A stretch of 64,000 nucleotides of DNA, taken from IMG/VR virus record IMGVR_UViG_3300021399_000122, positions 1-64,000 of that record, one strand, 5' to 3'. A program made the position numbers and the translations under genes. The stretch is from a virus. Taxonomy: Duplodnaviria > Caudoviricetes. A model generated the notes under the pieces. That model saw only the letters and a program-made list of their open reading frames with translations. It was not told where the DNA came from and did not search any database. Below are positions 19,475 to 27,644 of this stretch, piece by piece; position 1 is the stretch's first letter; each line of letters opens with the position of its first letter.

Positions 19475-20029
19475 ATGGCTACAAAAAGCACAACAAGAGC
19501 TGTTAAAACAGAACTGAACGGTGACGAAGAAACAGTTGCCGAAGTAAAAAGTGCCAAGGCAGACAAGCCGATTGTTCCTAAGGCTGTAGACCTCTCCGAA
19601 TTGATTACAGTCAAGAGCGGCTATAGTGGAAAGCTGATTTATGTCAGCCCGCGTACAAGGGAACGTTTTGTCTGGGACAACCTTGGCGATGAACAGGAGA
19701 TCGAACTGCGCGAACTTCGCAACGCAAGATCCTCTGCTAAAAGTTATTTTCTGAACAACTGGTTTATGTTCGGCCCGGAGTTTGAGTGGGTTGTTGAGTA
19801 TCTCGGAATGGGCAGATACTACAAGAACGCCATCAAGCCCGATGAGTTCGACGATTTCTTTGAACTGCCCGCAGATGAGCTCCGTGAAAGACTCACGAAG
19901 CTGACAGACGGTCAGAAGAAGACTGTTGGCTATATGGCCAGACAGAAAGTCGTCGACGGTGAAATCGATTCAAGAAAGACGATCTCAACACTTGAGGAAG
20001 TTCTGAACATTCAGCTTATTGAGAAATAA
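19475..20029 (+). CDS. Head-associated hypothetical protein
   Basis: ORF with RBS directly after the MCP; synteny. Confidence 0.7.
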   Translation: MATKSTTRAVKTELNGDEETVAEVKSAKADKPIVPKAVDLSELITVKSGYSGKLIYVSPRTRERFVWDNLGDEQEIELRELRNARSSAKSYFLNNWFMFGPEFEWVVEYLGMGRYYKNAIKPDEFDDFFELPADELRERLTKLTDGQKKTVGYMARQKVVDGEIDSRKTISTLEEVLNIQLIEK

Positions 20030-20042
20030 GAGGTATTTATAG

Positions 20043-20492
20043 ATGAGCTTACCTTATGATGTATTTACTGCGGCATTCCTCGCCAAGATCACAGAATATG
20101 ATTTCTTGGAGATGGATGATGCGGAGCGTACTGAAATTGCCGAAGGTTTTATGAAGCGTGCAGTCTCCGCATTCAAGCATGTCTGCAAATACGATTTGAC
20201 CAGTAGCGCCGACGATACTCTTAGGGAGTTCAGTATTGATATTAACGAAGCCGACGAAGATGAGCTCGTTGAGATCATCTCCGAAGGAATGGTTCTCCAG
20301 TGGCTTAAGCAGTACCTGTACAAACAGGAACTTCTGGAGATGGGACTTAACACAAGAGACTTTACCGCCTACTCCCCTGCTGAATTGCTGAGGCGAGTTG
20401 GCGAAGCTTATGATCGTGTAAAGAAGGATTATGTACAGATGTGCAGGGAGTATTCGTACAATCATGGCGATCTTACGAGGTTACATCTGTAA
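20043..20492 (+). CDS. Putative head-tail adaptor
   Basis: 149 aa, helical; neck-module position. Confidence 0.55.
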   Translation: MSLPYDVFTAAFLAKITEYDFLEMDDAERTEIAEGFMKRAVSAFKHVCKYDLTSSADDTLREFSIDINEADEDELVEIISEGMVLQWLKQYLYKQELLEMGLNTRDFTAYSPAELLRRVGEAYDRVKKDYVQMCREYSYNHGDLTRLHL

Positions 20493-20857
20493 TGGCCAAT
20501 CAGGGAACTAAAACACGAATCAATACTGTTGTTGATAATGAACTTATCCGAAACTACTTCAAATCGCTCGTTAACAACTTTTTTAAAATACTCCCCATGC
20601 GAGAGAACGAGGAGAGCTCATTAACAACATACCTTGAGAGTCTGCAGTCGGAACTTGCTGGTGCCGGCAAGTTTATTCCAGAACTCGATAGTGACGCACG
20701 CCTTTTGAGCCTGCTCGCTATCCTTGAGTTTTTGAAGGATAACCCGGACTACCCTGTAAATAAAGTTCGCAGAGAAGTGTTCAAAGCAATTTCAATCTGC
20801 AACAAACTGAAGACTCATTACATGGAGGCTTTGGATGACAGCGTGGAGCAATTATGA
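20492..20857 (+). CDS. Hypothetical neck-region protein
   Basis: TAATG coupling at 20492. Confidence 0.6.
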   Translation: MANQGTKTRINTVVDNELIRNYFKSLVNNFFKILPMRENEESSLTTYLESLQSELAGAGKFIPELDSDARLLSLLAILEFLKDNPDYPVNKVRREVFKAISICNKLKTHYMEALDDSVEQL

Positions 20858-21282
20858 ATCTCGTGCCGCAGTACACGGTACGACGAAAAGAAAGACGGCT
20901 CTGCGTCGCGAAATTCATGACCTTAATAAAAGATTGCCGGACTCCCTGTCCTATCATTCAGTCGAGATCTTCGACTGTTATCATGGGTACAATATCGACG
21001 ACCGAATGATTCAGTCGAAGTGGATGTCCGAGCAAAATGTAGCAATCATAAATTCAGATAACTTAAACGAGAAGTATATCTTCTCGCTTCCCGGTGAAGA
21101 TATTCAGGACGGCTCACTGGTTCATTGGATGGACAACTACTGGCTCGTTACTGAAAGAGATGCCAACACAACCGTGTATACACGTGCTAAATTACTCCAG
21201 TGCAATTTCCTGTTAAAGTGGGTGTCAGGAGATAGTAAGGAGATTATTAGGCAGTGGTGCGTAGTTGAGGACGGCACAAAGT
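20835..21282 (+). CDS. Putative head-closure/neck protein, exon 1
   Basis: Reads ...VVEDGTK plus T and joins exon 2 in frame to give EDGTKYLTGEYEDRN (265 aa in total). Confidence 0.8.
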
Positions 21283-22281
21283 TGAGCGTGTGTAACCGCA
21301 CACGACACAGCTTGGCGTACGGGAAACTGTACGTAAAAACTACTCCCTTAATTGCTGGAAATTCCTTAGAGCATTATTCGCTACAGCGTAAGCATGAAAC
21401 AGCTAAGCGCGAACGCGTGAAAAGAATAATGATTGGACAATCAGCAGCCAAGCTCCGAACAGGAGAAGGTTCAACGATCAGCCGCAGCAGGCGTAGGAAT
21501 AAGCATTCCGAAGTGGGGAGCCCTAAACCACATTTAGTTTGTGGCATGGCGAAGATATGATCTGCGCTCTATAGAGATATAGAGGAGTACAAATATAGTA
21601 CCGATCAGGGTTAGCGACCCTGTTTTTATTATGCAAAAACGGAGGATAAATGGAAAAGAAATGGTTCGTATATATGCATGTTAACAAAGTTAACGGCAAG
21701 AAATACGTTGGTATAACATCAAAGCCAAAGCCAGAACATCGTTGGAATGGCGGTCGCGGCTATCGTGAGAATCCTCATTTCTTTTCTGCCATCCAAGCAT
21801 ATGGGTGGGACGGTTTCGAACATAAAATCTTGTTGCGTAATGTTGATGAGCGAACGGCAAAGATCGCTGAAAGAATGCTAATCAGCATACTGCACACGCA
21901 AGATAGAGAGTTCGGATATAACGCCACCTCTGGCGGTGATGGCACACCAGGATGCCACCCGTCAGATGAAACGAGACAAAAGCTTTCAAGAGCAAGGCGA
22001 AAAGAAAACCTGTCAGACGAAACACTTCGAAGAAGATCTGAAGGACTCAAAGGCCGGCACTTTTCTTCGGAGCACAGGAAGAAAATTGGAGACGGCAACA
22101 GCAAGCAAATCAAAATGTACGCAAAGGACGGTACATTTATAAAGTCTTTTCGCGCCGCAAGAGATGCGGAGGTAGAGCTTGGAGTTTCGCACGCACATAT
22201 ATCTCAATGCTGTAATGGTAAACGCAACACAGCCGGCGGATATATTTGGAAGTTTGCATAATAATATATCGAACATAACGG
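21283..22281 (+). mobile_element. Group I self-splicing intron, 999 nt
   Basis: P AATTGCTGGAAA (21350), Q AATCAGCAGCC (21439), R GTTCAACGATCAG (21469), S AAGATATGATCT (21552). The 5' exon ends in U paired to G in P1, the intron ends in G, and removal restores the frame. Confidence 0.9.
21650..22261 (+). CDS. Intron-encoded GIY-YIG homing endonuclease with NUMOD3/NUMOD1-like DNA-binding motifs
   Basis: FVYMHVNKVNGKKYVG, GYN, SDETRQKLS, ISQCCNGKRNTAGGYIW; RBS GGAGG. Confidence 0.9.
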   Translation: MEKKWFVYMHVNKVNGKKYVGITSKPKPEHRWNGGRGYRENPHFFSAIQAYGWDGFEHKILLRNVDERTAKIAERMLISILHTQDREFGYNATSGGDGTPGCHPSDETRQKLSRARRKENLSDETLRRRSEGLKGRHFSSEHRKKIGDGNSKQIKMYAKDGTFIKSFRAARDAEVELGVSHAHISQCCNGKRNTAGGYIWKFA

Positions 22282-22631
22282 ATCTTACCGGCGAGTATGA
22301 AGATCGTAACTTCATCGTAGCGCGTGGTGACTCAAGAATCGCGATCACCATCGCACGCAATTTAGAGACCGCAAAATTAGGCAGAAGGAACAGATTCCTC
22401 ATTGACGATGAATATGCTCCGGTCAAACTAGCCTATACCCTTTCCAAGCCTCTGAAGTTTACAGGGGTTTACAACAAAGAAGGCGTCTTCAAATGGGTTT
22501 TACAGGAAGTTCAAACTACTGTTGATGATAATCAGGATCTTATGATCGCTGACTATTACAAGTACTTTCCCAAAGAAGACGGCAACGATGATGACGGTGG
22601 TGACACCGGCGGAAAGAAGGTGTGGCTCTAA
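22282..22631 (+). CDS. Putative head-closure/neck protein, exon 2
   Basis: In frame with exon 1 after intron removal; abuts the next gene. Confidence 0.8.
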
Positions 22632-23138
22632 GTGCAGTTAGCTGACTTTTTTGATTATAAAAACCAGTTGATGAAAGACATTCTTACAACCGAAGAGATT
22701 GTCAAGCTTATCAACGGAGATATTGATTTCGCTGACGCGAAGTCGCTGGCGTACACTCAGGTCTTCCCTTACGAGTTTGTCCCCGAGACAACCGAGGAAG
22801 GCAAAACATATATCTGCTTTGATGTCGATGTGTATGAATCTATGAGTTCAACATTCCTCATCCCGCAGTTATACATCTGGGTTTTTACGCACAGGAGTCA
22901 ATTACGTCTACCGCAAGGTGGTGTCCGAGTAGACGAATTGTGTAATGCTATTTGCAAAAAGATTAATGGTAGTCGTTTCTATGGACTCGGCGAATTGAAC
23001 ATTTATATGTGTAAAAGATTCGCACCACAGACTGACTATCAGGGCAAAGTCATTGCGTTCAGAACCAGAGAGGTTAACAGGTTCTACGATCCGAAGAAGA
23101 AGACACCTGTGAACAGAAAGACTGATGACAACTCTTAA
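22632..23138 (+). CDS. Putative tail completion/terminator protein
   Basis: Size and position before the tail tube gene. Confidence 0.5.
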   Translation: MQLADFFDYKNQLMKDILTTEEIVKLINGDIDFADAKSLAYTQVFPYEFVPETTEEGKTYICFDVDVYESMSSTFLIPQLYIWVFTHRSQLRLPQGGVRVDELCNAICKKINGSRFYGLGELNIYMCKRFAPQTDYQGKVIAFRTREVNRFYDPKKKTPVNRKTDDNS

Positions 23139-23850
23139 TTTACTGTATGCAAAGGATCTACGGGTTAATGATAAGATCCATGTGACCATCCCTACTGTCG
23201 GTGACATCATCGACGACGAAGATGGGTACTACGGACTCGTGTCAATGCTCACTGCAATGCCGATTGACTATATGGTGCAATTGGACGAATGGGGGCTCGA
23301 CTTCACTGAGATGACCGCGTTCGATCTTTTTTTAATGTTCTTTCCAGTTATTCAATCCCAAGATACTTCACTCGTATTTGGCGATATGAGTCTTGAGCAT
23401 TTTACAAGAATGACGAACGAAAAGAATGGTCTGCAGGTGCTTGTCGATCCTGTCAATGACATCGTAATCGATCGTGCCGTACACAGTCAGATTCAGAGTG
23501 CCTTAAGAAAGATTCACCACCTTAAGAAAAATAACAAGCGCCCCGGCAACGAGGCTGCCAAAGAATATATGCTCGAGAGAGCACGTGTTAAATTACAGAG
23601 GCGCCGAAAGCGCCAACAGGATTCCATGTTGGAATCGCTCATAGTCGCAATGGTCAACACTGAGCAGTACAAATATGATTACGAAAGAACTTTGGGTCTT
23701 TCTATTTATCAGTTCAATGAGAGTGTTCGACAGATACAGAGAAAGATCGACTATGACAATCGAATGATCGGCGTTTACGCCGGTACAGTTGATACTTCCA
23801 AGGTTGACCCGAGTGACCTCACTTGGATCGGCCCTAGTGATAAAAAATAG
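23125..23850 (+). CDS. Hypothetical tail-module protein
   Basis: Overlapping ORF within the operon. Confidence 0.65.
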   Translation: MTTLNLLYAKDLRVNDKIHVTIPTVGDIIDDEDGYYGLVSMLTAMPIDYMVQLDEWGLDFTEMTAFDLFLMFFPVIQSQDTSLVFGDMSLEHFTRMTNEKNGLQVLVDPVNDIVIDRAVHSQIQSALRKIHHLKKNNKRPGNEAAKEYMLERARVKLQRRRKRQQDSMLESLIVAMVNTEQYKYDYERTLGLSIYQFNESVRQIQRKIDYDNRMIGVYAGTVDTSKVDPSDLTWIGPSDKK

Positions 23851-23867
23851 GAGGAAAATATACTCAA

Positions 23868-24650
23868 ATGAAAGACCTTATTATTACAAGTCTTGAGACA
23901 ATTACAGCCTTCGATCCGGCATCCGGTGCATACTTATTCACCCTCGATGAACTGCAGAATGCATCTATTGCCAACACTGAAGAGAAGGTTGATATCACAG
24001 GTAAGCAGGGTCGTAAGCTCAGCTCCCTGAAGAGAAATAAGGGCGTTACTGTTAGCGGCGCTAACGGTCTGCTCTCCGGCGGTCTGATGGAACTCCAGTC
24101 CGGTGGTAAGTTCGAGAACAAGGCCACAAACGTTATGTGGACTGACTATCTGTCCGTATCCGGTAACAAGGCTACAAGCTCCTTCAAGGCGGTTGGCACA
24201 GCTGGCGCAGAGATCAAAGGTCTGTATGTCAGAAATGCCGATGGCACACTGGGCGAAGCTCTTGTGCAGGATGCTACCGCAGCAACAGGTAAGTTCGCCT
24301 ATGATCCGTCCTCCAAGGAACTGTCCTTCAGCGGTCTGGCAGACGGAACTGAAATCGTAGCTTACTACGAGAGAAAGATCACAGCTGACGTTCTGGTTAA
24401 CGAGTCCGACAAGTATTCCAAGAAGGCTATGCTTTACATCGATGCAATTGGCGAAGACAGATGTGCAAACATCTATCACGTTCAGTTCTTCATCCCGAAA
24501 GCTGACTTCAATGGTGAATATTCAATCGACCTCGGCGATGACCAGGTTGTTCAGAACTTCGAAGCTGAAGCACTCGCTGGTGCTTGTGGTGTCGCAGGTG
24601 TCCTGTGGACATACACAGTCTTCGGAGAAAACGCTGCTGACGCAGAATAA
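23868..24650 (+). CDS. Major tail (tube) protein
   Basis: 260 aa, strong RBS, highly expressed codon bias, beta-rich; synteny. Confidence 0.7.
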   Translation: MKDLIITSLETITAFDPASGAYLFTLDELQNASIANTEEKVDITGKQGRKLSSLKRNKGVTVSGANGLLSGGLMELQSGGKFENKATNVMWTDYLSVSGNKATSSFKAVGTAGAEIKGLYVRNADGTLGEALVQDATAATGKFAYDPSSKELSFSGLADGTEIVAYYERKITADVLVNESDKYSKKAMLYIDAIGEDRCANIYHVQFFIPKADFNGEYSIDLGDDQVVQNFEAEALAGACGVAGVLWTYTVFGENAADAE

Positions 24651-24913
24651 TGGCTTCCGTAATTAAAATCTGCAAGGTCTGTGGTAAGGAGTACGAATAC
24701 TGCCATACCAACAGACCTGCAGGTTTGTTCAGATGGCAAGATGTAGCCTGCTCGCCTGAGTGCGGTGCGGAGTATTTCCGCAGAGTCGCAATTGCGAGAG
24801 GTGAACTCCCCGCTGATGCTGCGGAGGTTACTGAACAGCCAGCTCCCGAAGCTAAGACAGAAAAGAAAGTAACTAGGCGGCGTAAGAGGAAGTCTGAAGC
24901 AGAGGAAGAATAA
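24650..24913 (+). CDS. Small zinc-binding hypothetical protein
   Basis: CKVC...C...CSPEC; TAATG coupling. Confidence 0.7.
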   Translation: MASVIKICKVCGKEYEYCHTNRPAGLFRWQDVACSPECGAEYFRRVAIARGELPADAAEVTEQPAPEAKTEKKVTRRRKRKSEAEEE

Positions 24914-24915
24914 TT

Positions 24916-24952
24916 AAAAGCGTGTCCATTGTAATGATGGCACGCTTTTTTT
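24916..24952 (+). terminator. Intrinsic terminator
   Basis: AAAAGCGTG..CCAT/ATGG.CACGCTTTT followed by a T run. Confidence 0.8.
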
Positions 24953-25008
24953 CACGTCACATACATTATACCTAGACTTATAGAAAATACTTAGGAGAGA
25001 AAAAGAAA

Positions 25009-27204
25009 ATGGTTATTTTAAAGCGAGACGGTGCGAAGCGCGAATTCGACAAGCACAAAATTGAGAATGCGGTTTTAGCCGCCTTTAAAGATGTTGACGG
25101 CGAAGTGACGGACTATGCAAGGTTAAAAGCTAACAACATCGCAACATTTATTGAAGAAGCAATCAACAAGGCCGACCATGAAATCAACGTCGAAGAAATT
25201 CAGGACATGGTCGAGAACGGCCTTATGTCATGCAAGCGGAAGGACGTTGCGCGAGCATATATTATCTATAGAAACGAGCGTAATAAAGCTCGTGGTAATC
25301 TGATTGACCCGGTTATCAAACGAATTATCTCAGGGACAGATGATTACTGGAAGTCTGAGAATTCAAACAAGGACGCCCAGACAGCCACGACGATGCGTGA
25401 CTATATGGCCGGCGCAATCAGTACCGACTTAACAAAGCGTGAGTATCTCCCGAAGGATATTGTCGAGGCTCACGAAAACGGACTGATCCATTTCCATGAC
25501 GCAGACTACTTCCTCCAGCCGATCCATAATTGTGATCTAGTTAATCTGGAAGATATGCTCCAGAATGGCACAGTCATTTCAGGTACTAAGATCGAGAAGC
25601 CGCACAGCTTCGCAACCGCATGCAACATTGCCACACAGATCGTTGCTCAGGTGGCTTCGAGCCAGTACGGCGGGCAGACAATCACACTCGCGCATCTCGC
25701 CCCTTTCGTTGACATTTCTCGTCAGCGCCATAGAAAGATTGTTCGTGAAGAACTGGAGCGTGCAGGTGTGCAGTGCACTTACGATCAGGTGAATAAGATC
25801 GCAGAAGACAGAGTCCGCGCCGAAGTTGCTGATGGTGTGCAGACAATTCAGTATCAGGTAATCACGCTGATGACCACAAACGGACAGGCGCCGTTTGTTA
25901 CTGTGTTCATGTATGTTGACGAGGTGCCTGAAGGCCAGATCAGAGATGATCTTGCAATGATCATTGAAGAGACACTCAGACAGCGCATTCAGGGCGTTAA
26001 GAACGAGAAAGGCGTATGGATCACGCCTGCCTTCCCGAAGCTCATCTATGTGCTTGATGAAGATAACATTCGCGAGGATTCAAAATATTACTATCTCACA
26101 AAGCTTGCAGCAGAATGCACTGCCAAGAGAATGGTTCCCGATTATATCTCCGCAAAGATCATGCGTGAGCTTAAGGGAGATGTCTACACATGCATGGGCT
26201 GCCGGTCATTCCTTACGCCGGACAGATTCACGGATGCCGGAATTGTCAACCCCTCTAACGCCGGCAACTGGGATGGTAAGCACAAATATTACGGGCGTTT
26301 CAATCAGGGTGTTGTCACTCTGAACCTCGTTGACATTGCATGCTCATCTGGCAGAGATATGGAGAAGTTCTGGAAGATTTTTGACGAACGTCTCGATCTT
26401 TGCTATCGCGCACTCATGATTCGTCACAAGCATCTGCGTGGCACTCCGACTACTGTCGCCCCTATCCTGTGGGAACATGGCGCACTTGCAAGACTGCCGA
26501 AGGGCTCTACGATTGATCCCCTTCTCTATAATGGATACTCAACGATCTCCCTCGGCTATGGCGGACTGGCAGAGTGTGTTCGCTATATGCTCGGCGTCAG
26601 CCACACATCTCCCGAAGGCGAAGAGTTCGGCCTGAAGGTCATGCAGTACATGAATGATGCATGTGCGAAGTGGAAAGCTGAGACCAATGTAGACTTCAGC
26701 GTTTACGGAACTCCGATGGAGTCTGTTACATATAAGTTTGCGAAGTGTTTACAGAATCGTTTCGGCATCATCGAGGGTGTCACAGATAAGGACTATATCA
26801 CAAACTCCTATCACATTCATGTTACAGAGCCGATCGACGCATTCAGCAAGCTGACAAAGGAAGCGAAGTTTCAGAAGCTTTCCCCGGGCGGAGCCATCTC
26901 CTATGTAGAAGTCCCGAACATGCAGAACAACATCCCGGCGGTTCTTGCTGTCATGAAGCACATCTATGACAACATCATGTATGCGGAACTGAATACTAAG
27001 AGTGACTACTGCCAGGAATGTGGTTACGACGGAGAAATTCAGATCAAGGGTGAGCCTGGTCATCTTTACTGGGAGTGCCCTAATTGCGGCAACCGCGATC
27101 AGAATAAATTAAATATCGCAAGACGCACATGTGGGTACATTGGTTCTAACTTCTGGAACCAAGGTCGTACGCAGGAAATTAAAGACCGTGTGCTGCACCT
27201 TTGA
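25009..27204 (+). CDS. nrdD: Anaerobic (class III) ribonucleoside-triphosphate reductase
   Basis: N-terminal ATP cone (ILKRDG), IHFHD, MGCRSFL, CxxC...CxxC zinc site, glycyl-radical motif RRTCGYIG. Confidence 0.95.
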   Translation: MVILKRDGAKREFDKHKIENAVLAAFKDVDGEVTDYARLKANNIATFIEEAINKADHEINVEEIQDMVENGLMSCKRKDVARAYIIYRNERNKARGNLIDPVIKRIISGTDDYWKSENSNKDAQTATTMRDYMAGAISTDLTKREYLPKDIVEAHENGLIHFHDADYFLQPIHNCDLVNLEDMLQNGTVISGTKIEKPHSFATACNIATQIVAQVASSQYGGQTITLAHLAPFVDISRQRHRKIVREELERAGVQCTYDQVNKIAEDRVRAEVADGVQTIQYQVITLMTTNGQAPFVTVFMYVDEVPEGQIRDDLAMIIEETLRQRIQGVKNEKGVWITPAFPKLIYVLDEDNIREDSKYYYLTKLAAECTAKRMVPDYISAKIMRELKGDVYTCMGCRSFLTPDRFTDAGIVNPSNAGNWDGKHKYYGRFNQGVVTLNLVDIACSSGRDMEKFWKIFDERLDLCYRALMIRHKHLRGTPTTVAPILWEHGALARLPKGSTIDPLLYNGYSTISLGYGGLAECVRYMLGVSHTSPEGEEFGLKVMQYMNDACAKWKAETNVDFSVYGTPMESVTYKFAKCLQNRFGIIEGVTDKDYITNSYHIHVTEPIDAFSKLTKEAKFQKLSPGGAISYVEVPNMQNNIPAVLAVMKHIYDNIMYAELNTKSDYCQECGYDGEIQIKGEPGHLYWECPNCGNRDQNKLNIARRTCGYIGSNFWNQGRTQEIKDRVLHL

Positions 27205-27242
27205 TTTATATTAGAATGCGCTTTAACAGCGCTTTATAGTAT

Positions 27243-27623
27243 ATGTCTTTTAAATTTTATAATGCGAACCCGGACAACAATCTTGTAATAGATTGTACCG
27301 TCCGGGCGATTTCAAAAGTAACAGGCCAGAGCTGGGAACAATGCTACATTGGCCTAGTTGCCAAGGGGTTTGAGATGCACAACATGCCAAACGCAAATGT
27401 TGTTTGGGGTGCTTACATGCGCGATCTTGGCTATGAGCGGGATTCGATCCCGAACATGTGCCCTGATTGCTACTCGGTAAGAGAGTTTTGCGCAGACAAT
27501 CCCAAAGGCACTTTTTTATTGGCGACCGGAGACCATGTCGTCGCTGTCGTTGACGGCGACTACTTTGACACCTGGGACTCTGGCGACGCCATTCCTATCT
27601 ATTATTGGTTCAAGAAAAAATGA
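27243..27623 (+). CDS. Conserved phage protein, possible papain-like Cys peptidase fold
   Basis: DCTVRAI...HVVAV...YFDTWDS gives Cys-His-Asp order. Confidence 0.65.
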   Translation: MSFKFYNANPDNNLVIDCTVRAISKVTGQSWEQCYIGLVAKGFEMHNMPNANVVWGAYMRDLGYERDSIPNMCPDCYSVREFCADNPKGTFLLATGDHVVAVVDGDYFDTWDSGDAIPIYYWFKKK

Positions 27624-27644
27624 GAACCATAAGTAAGGAGGACT

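Noticed and set aside
21283-21560. C-terminus of the 241-aa ORF, and the 22179 start of the 150-aa ORF
   Set aside because: Both are read-through into, or starts within, intron sequence.
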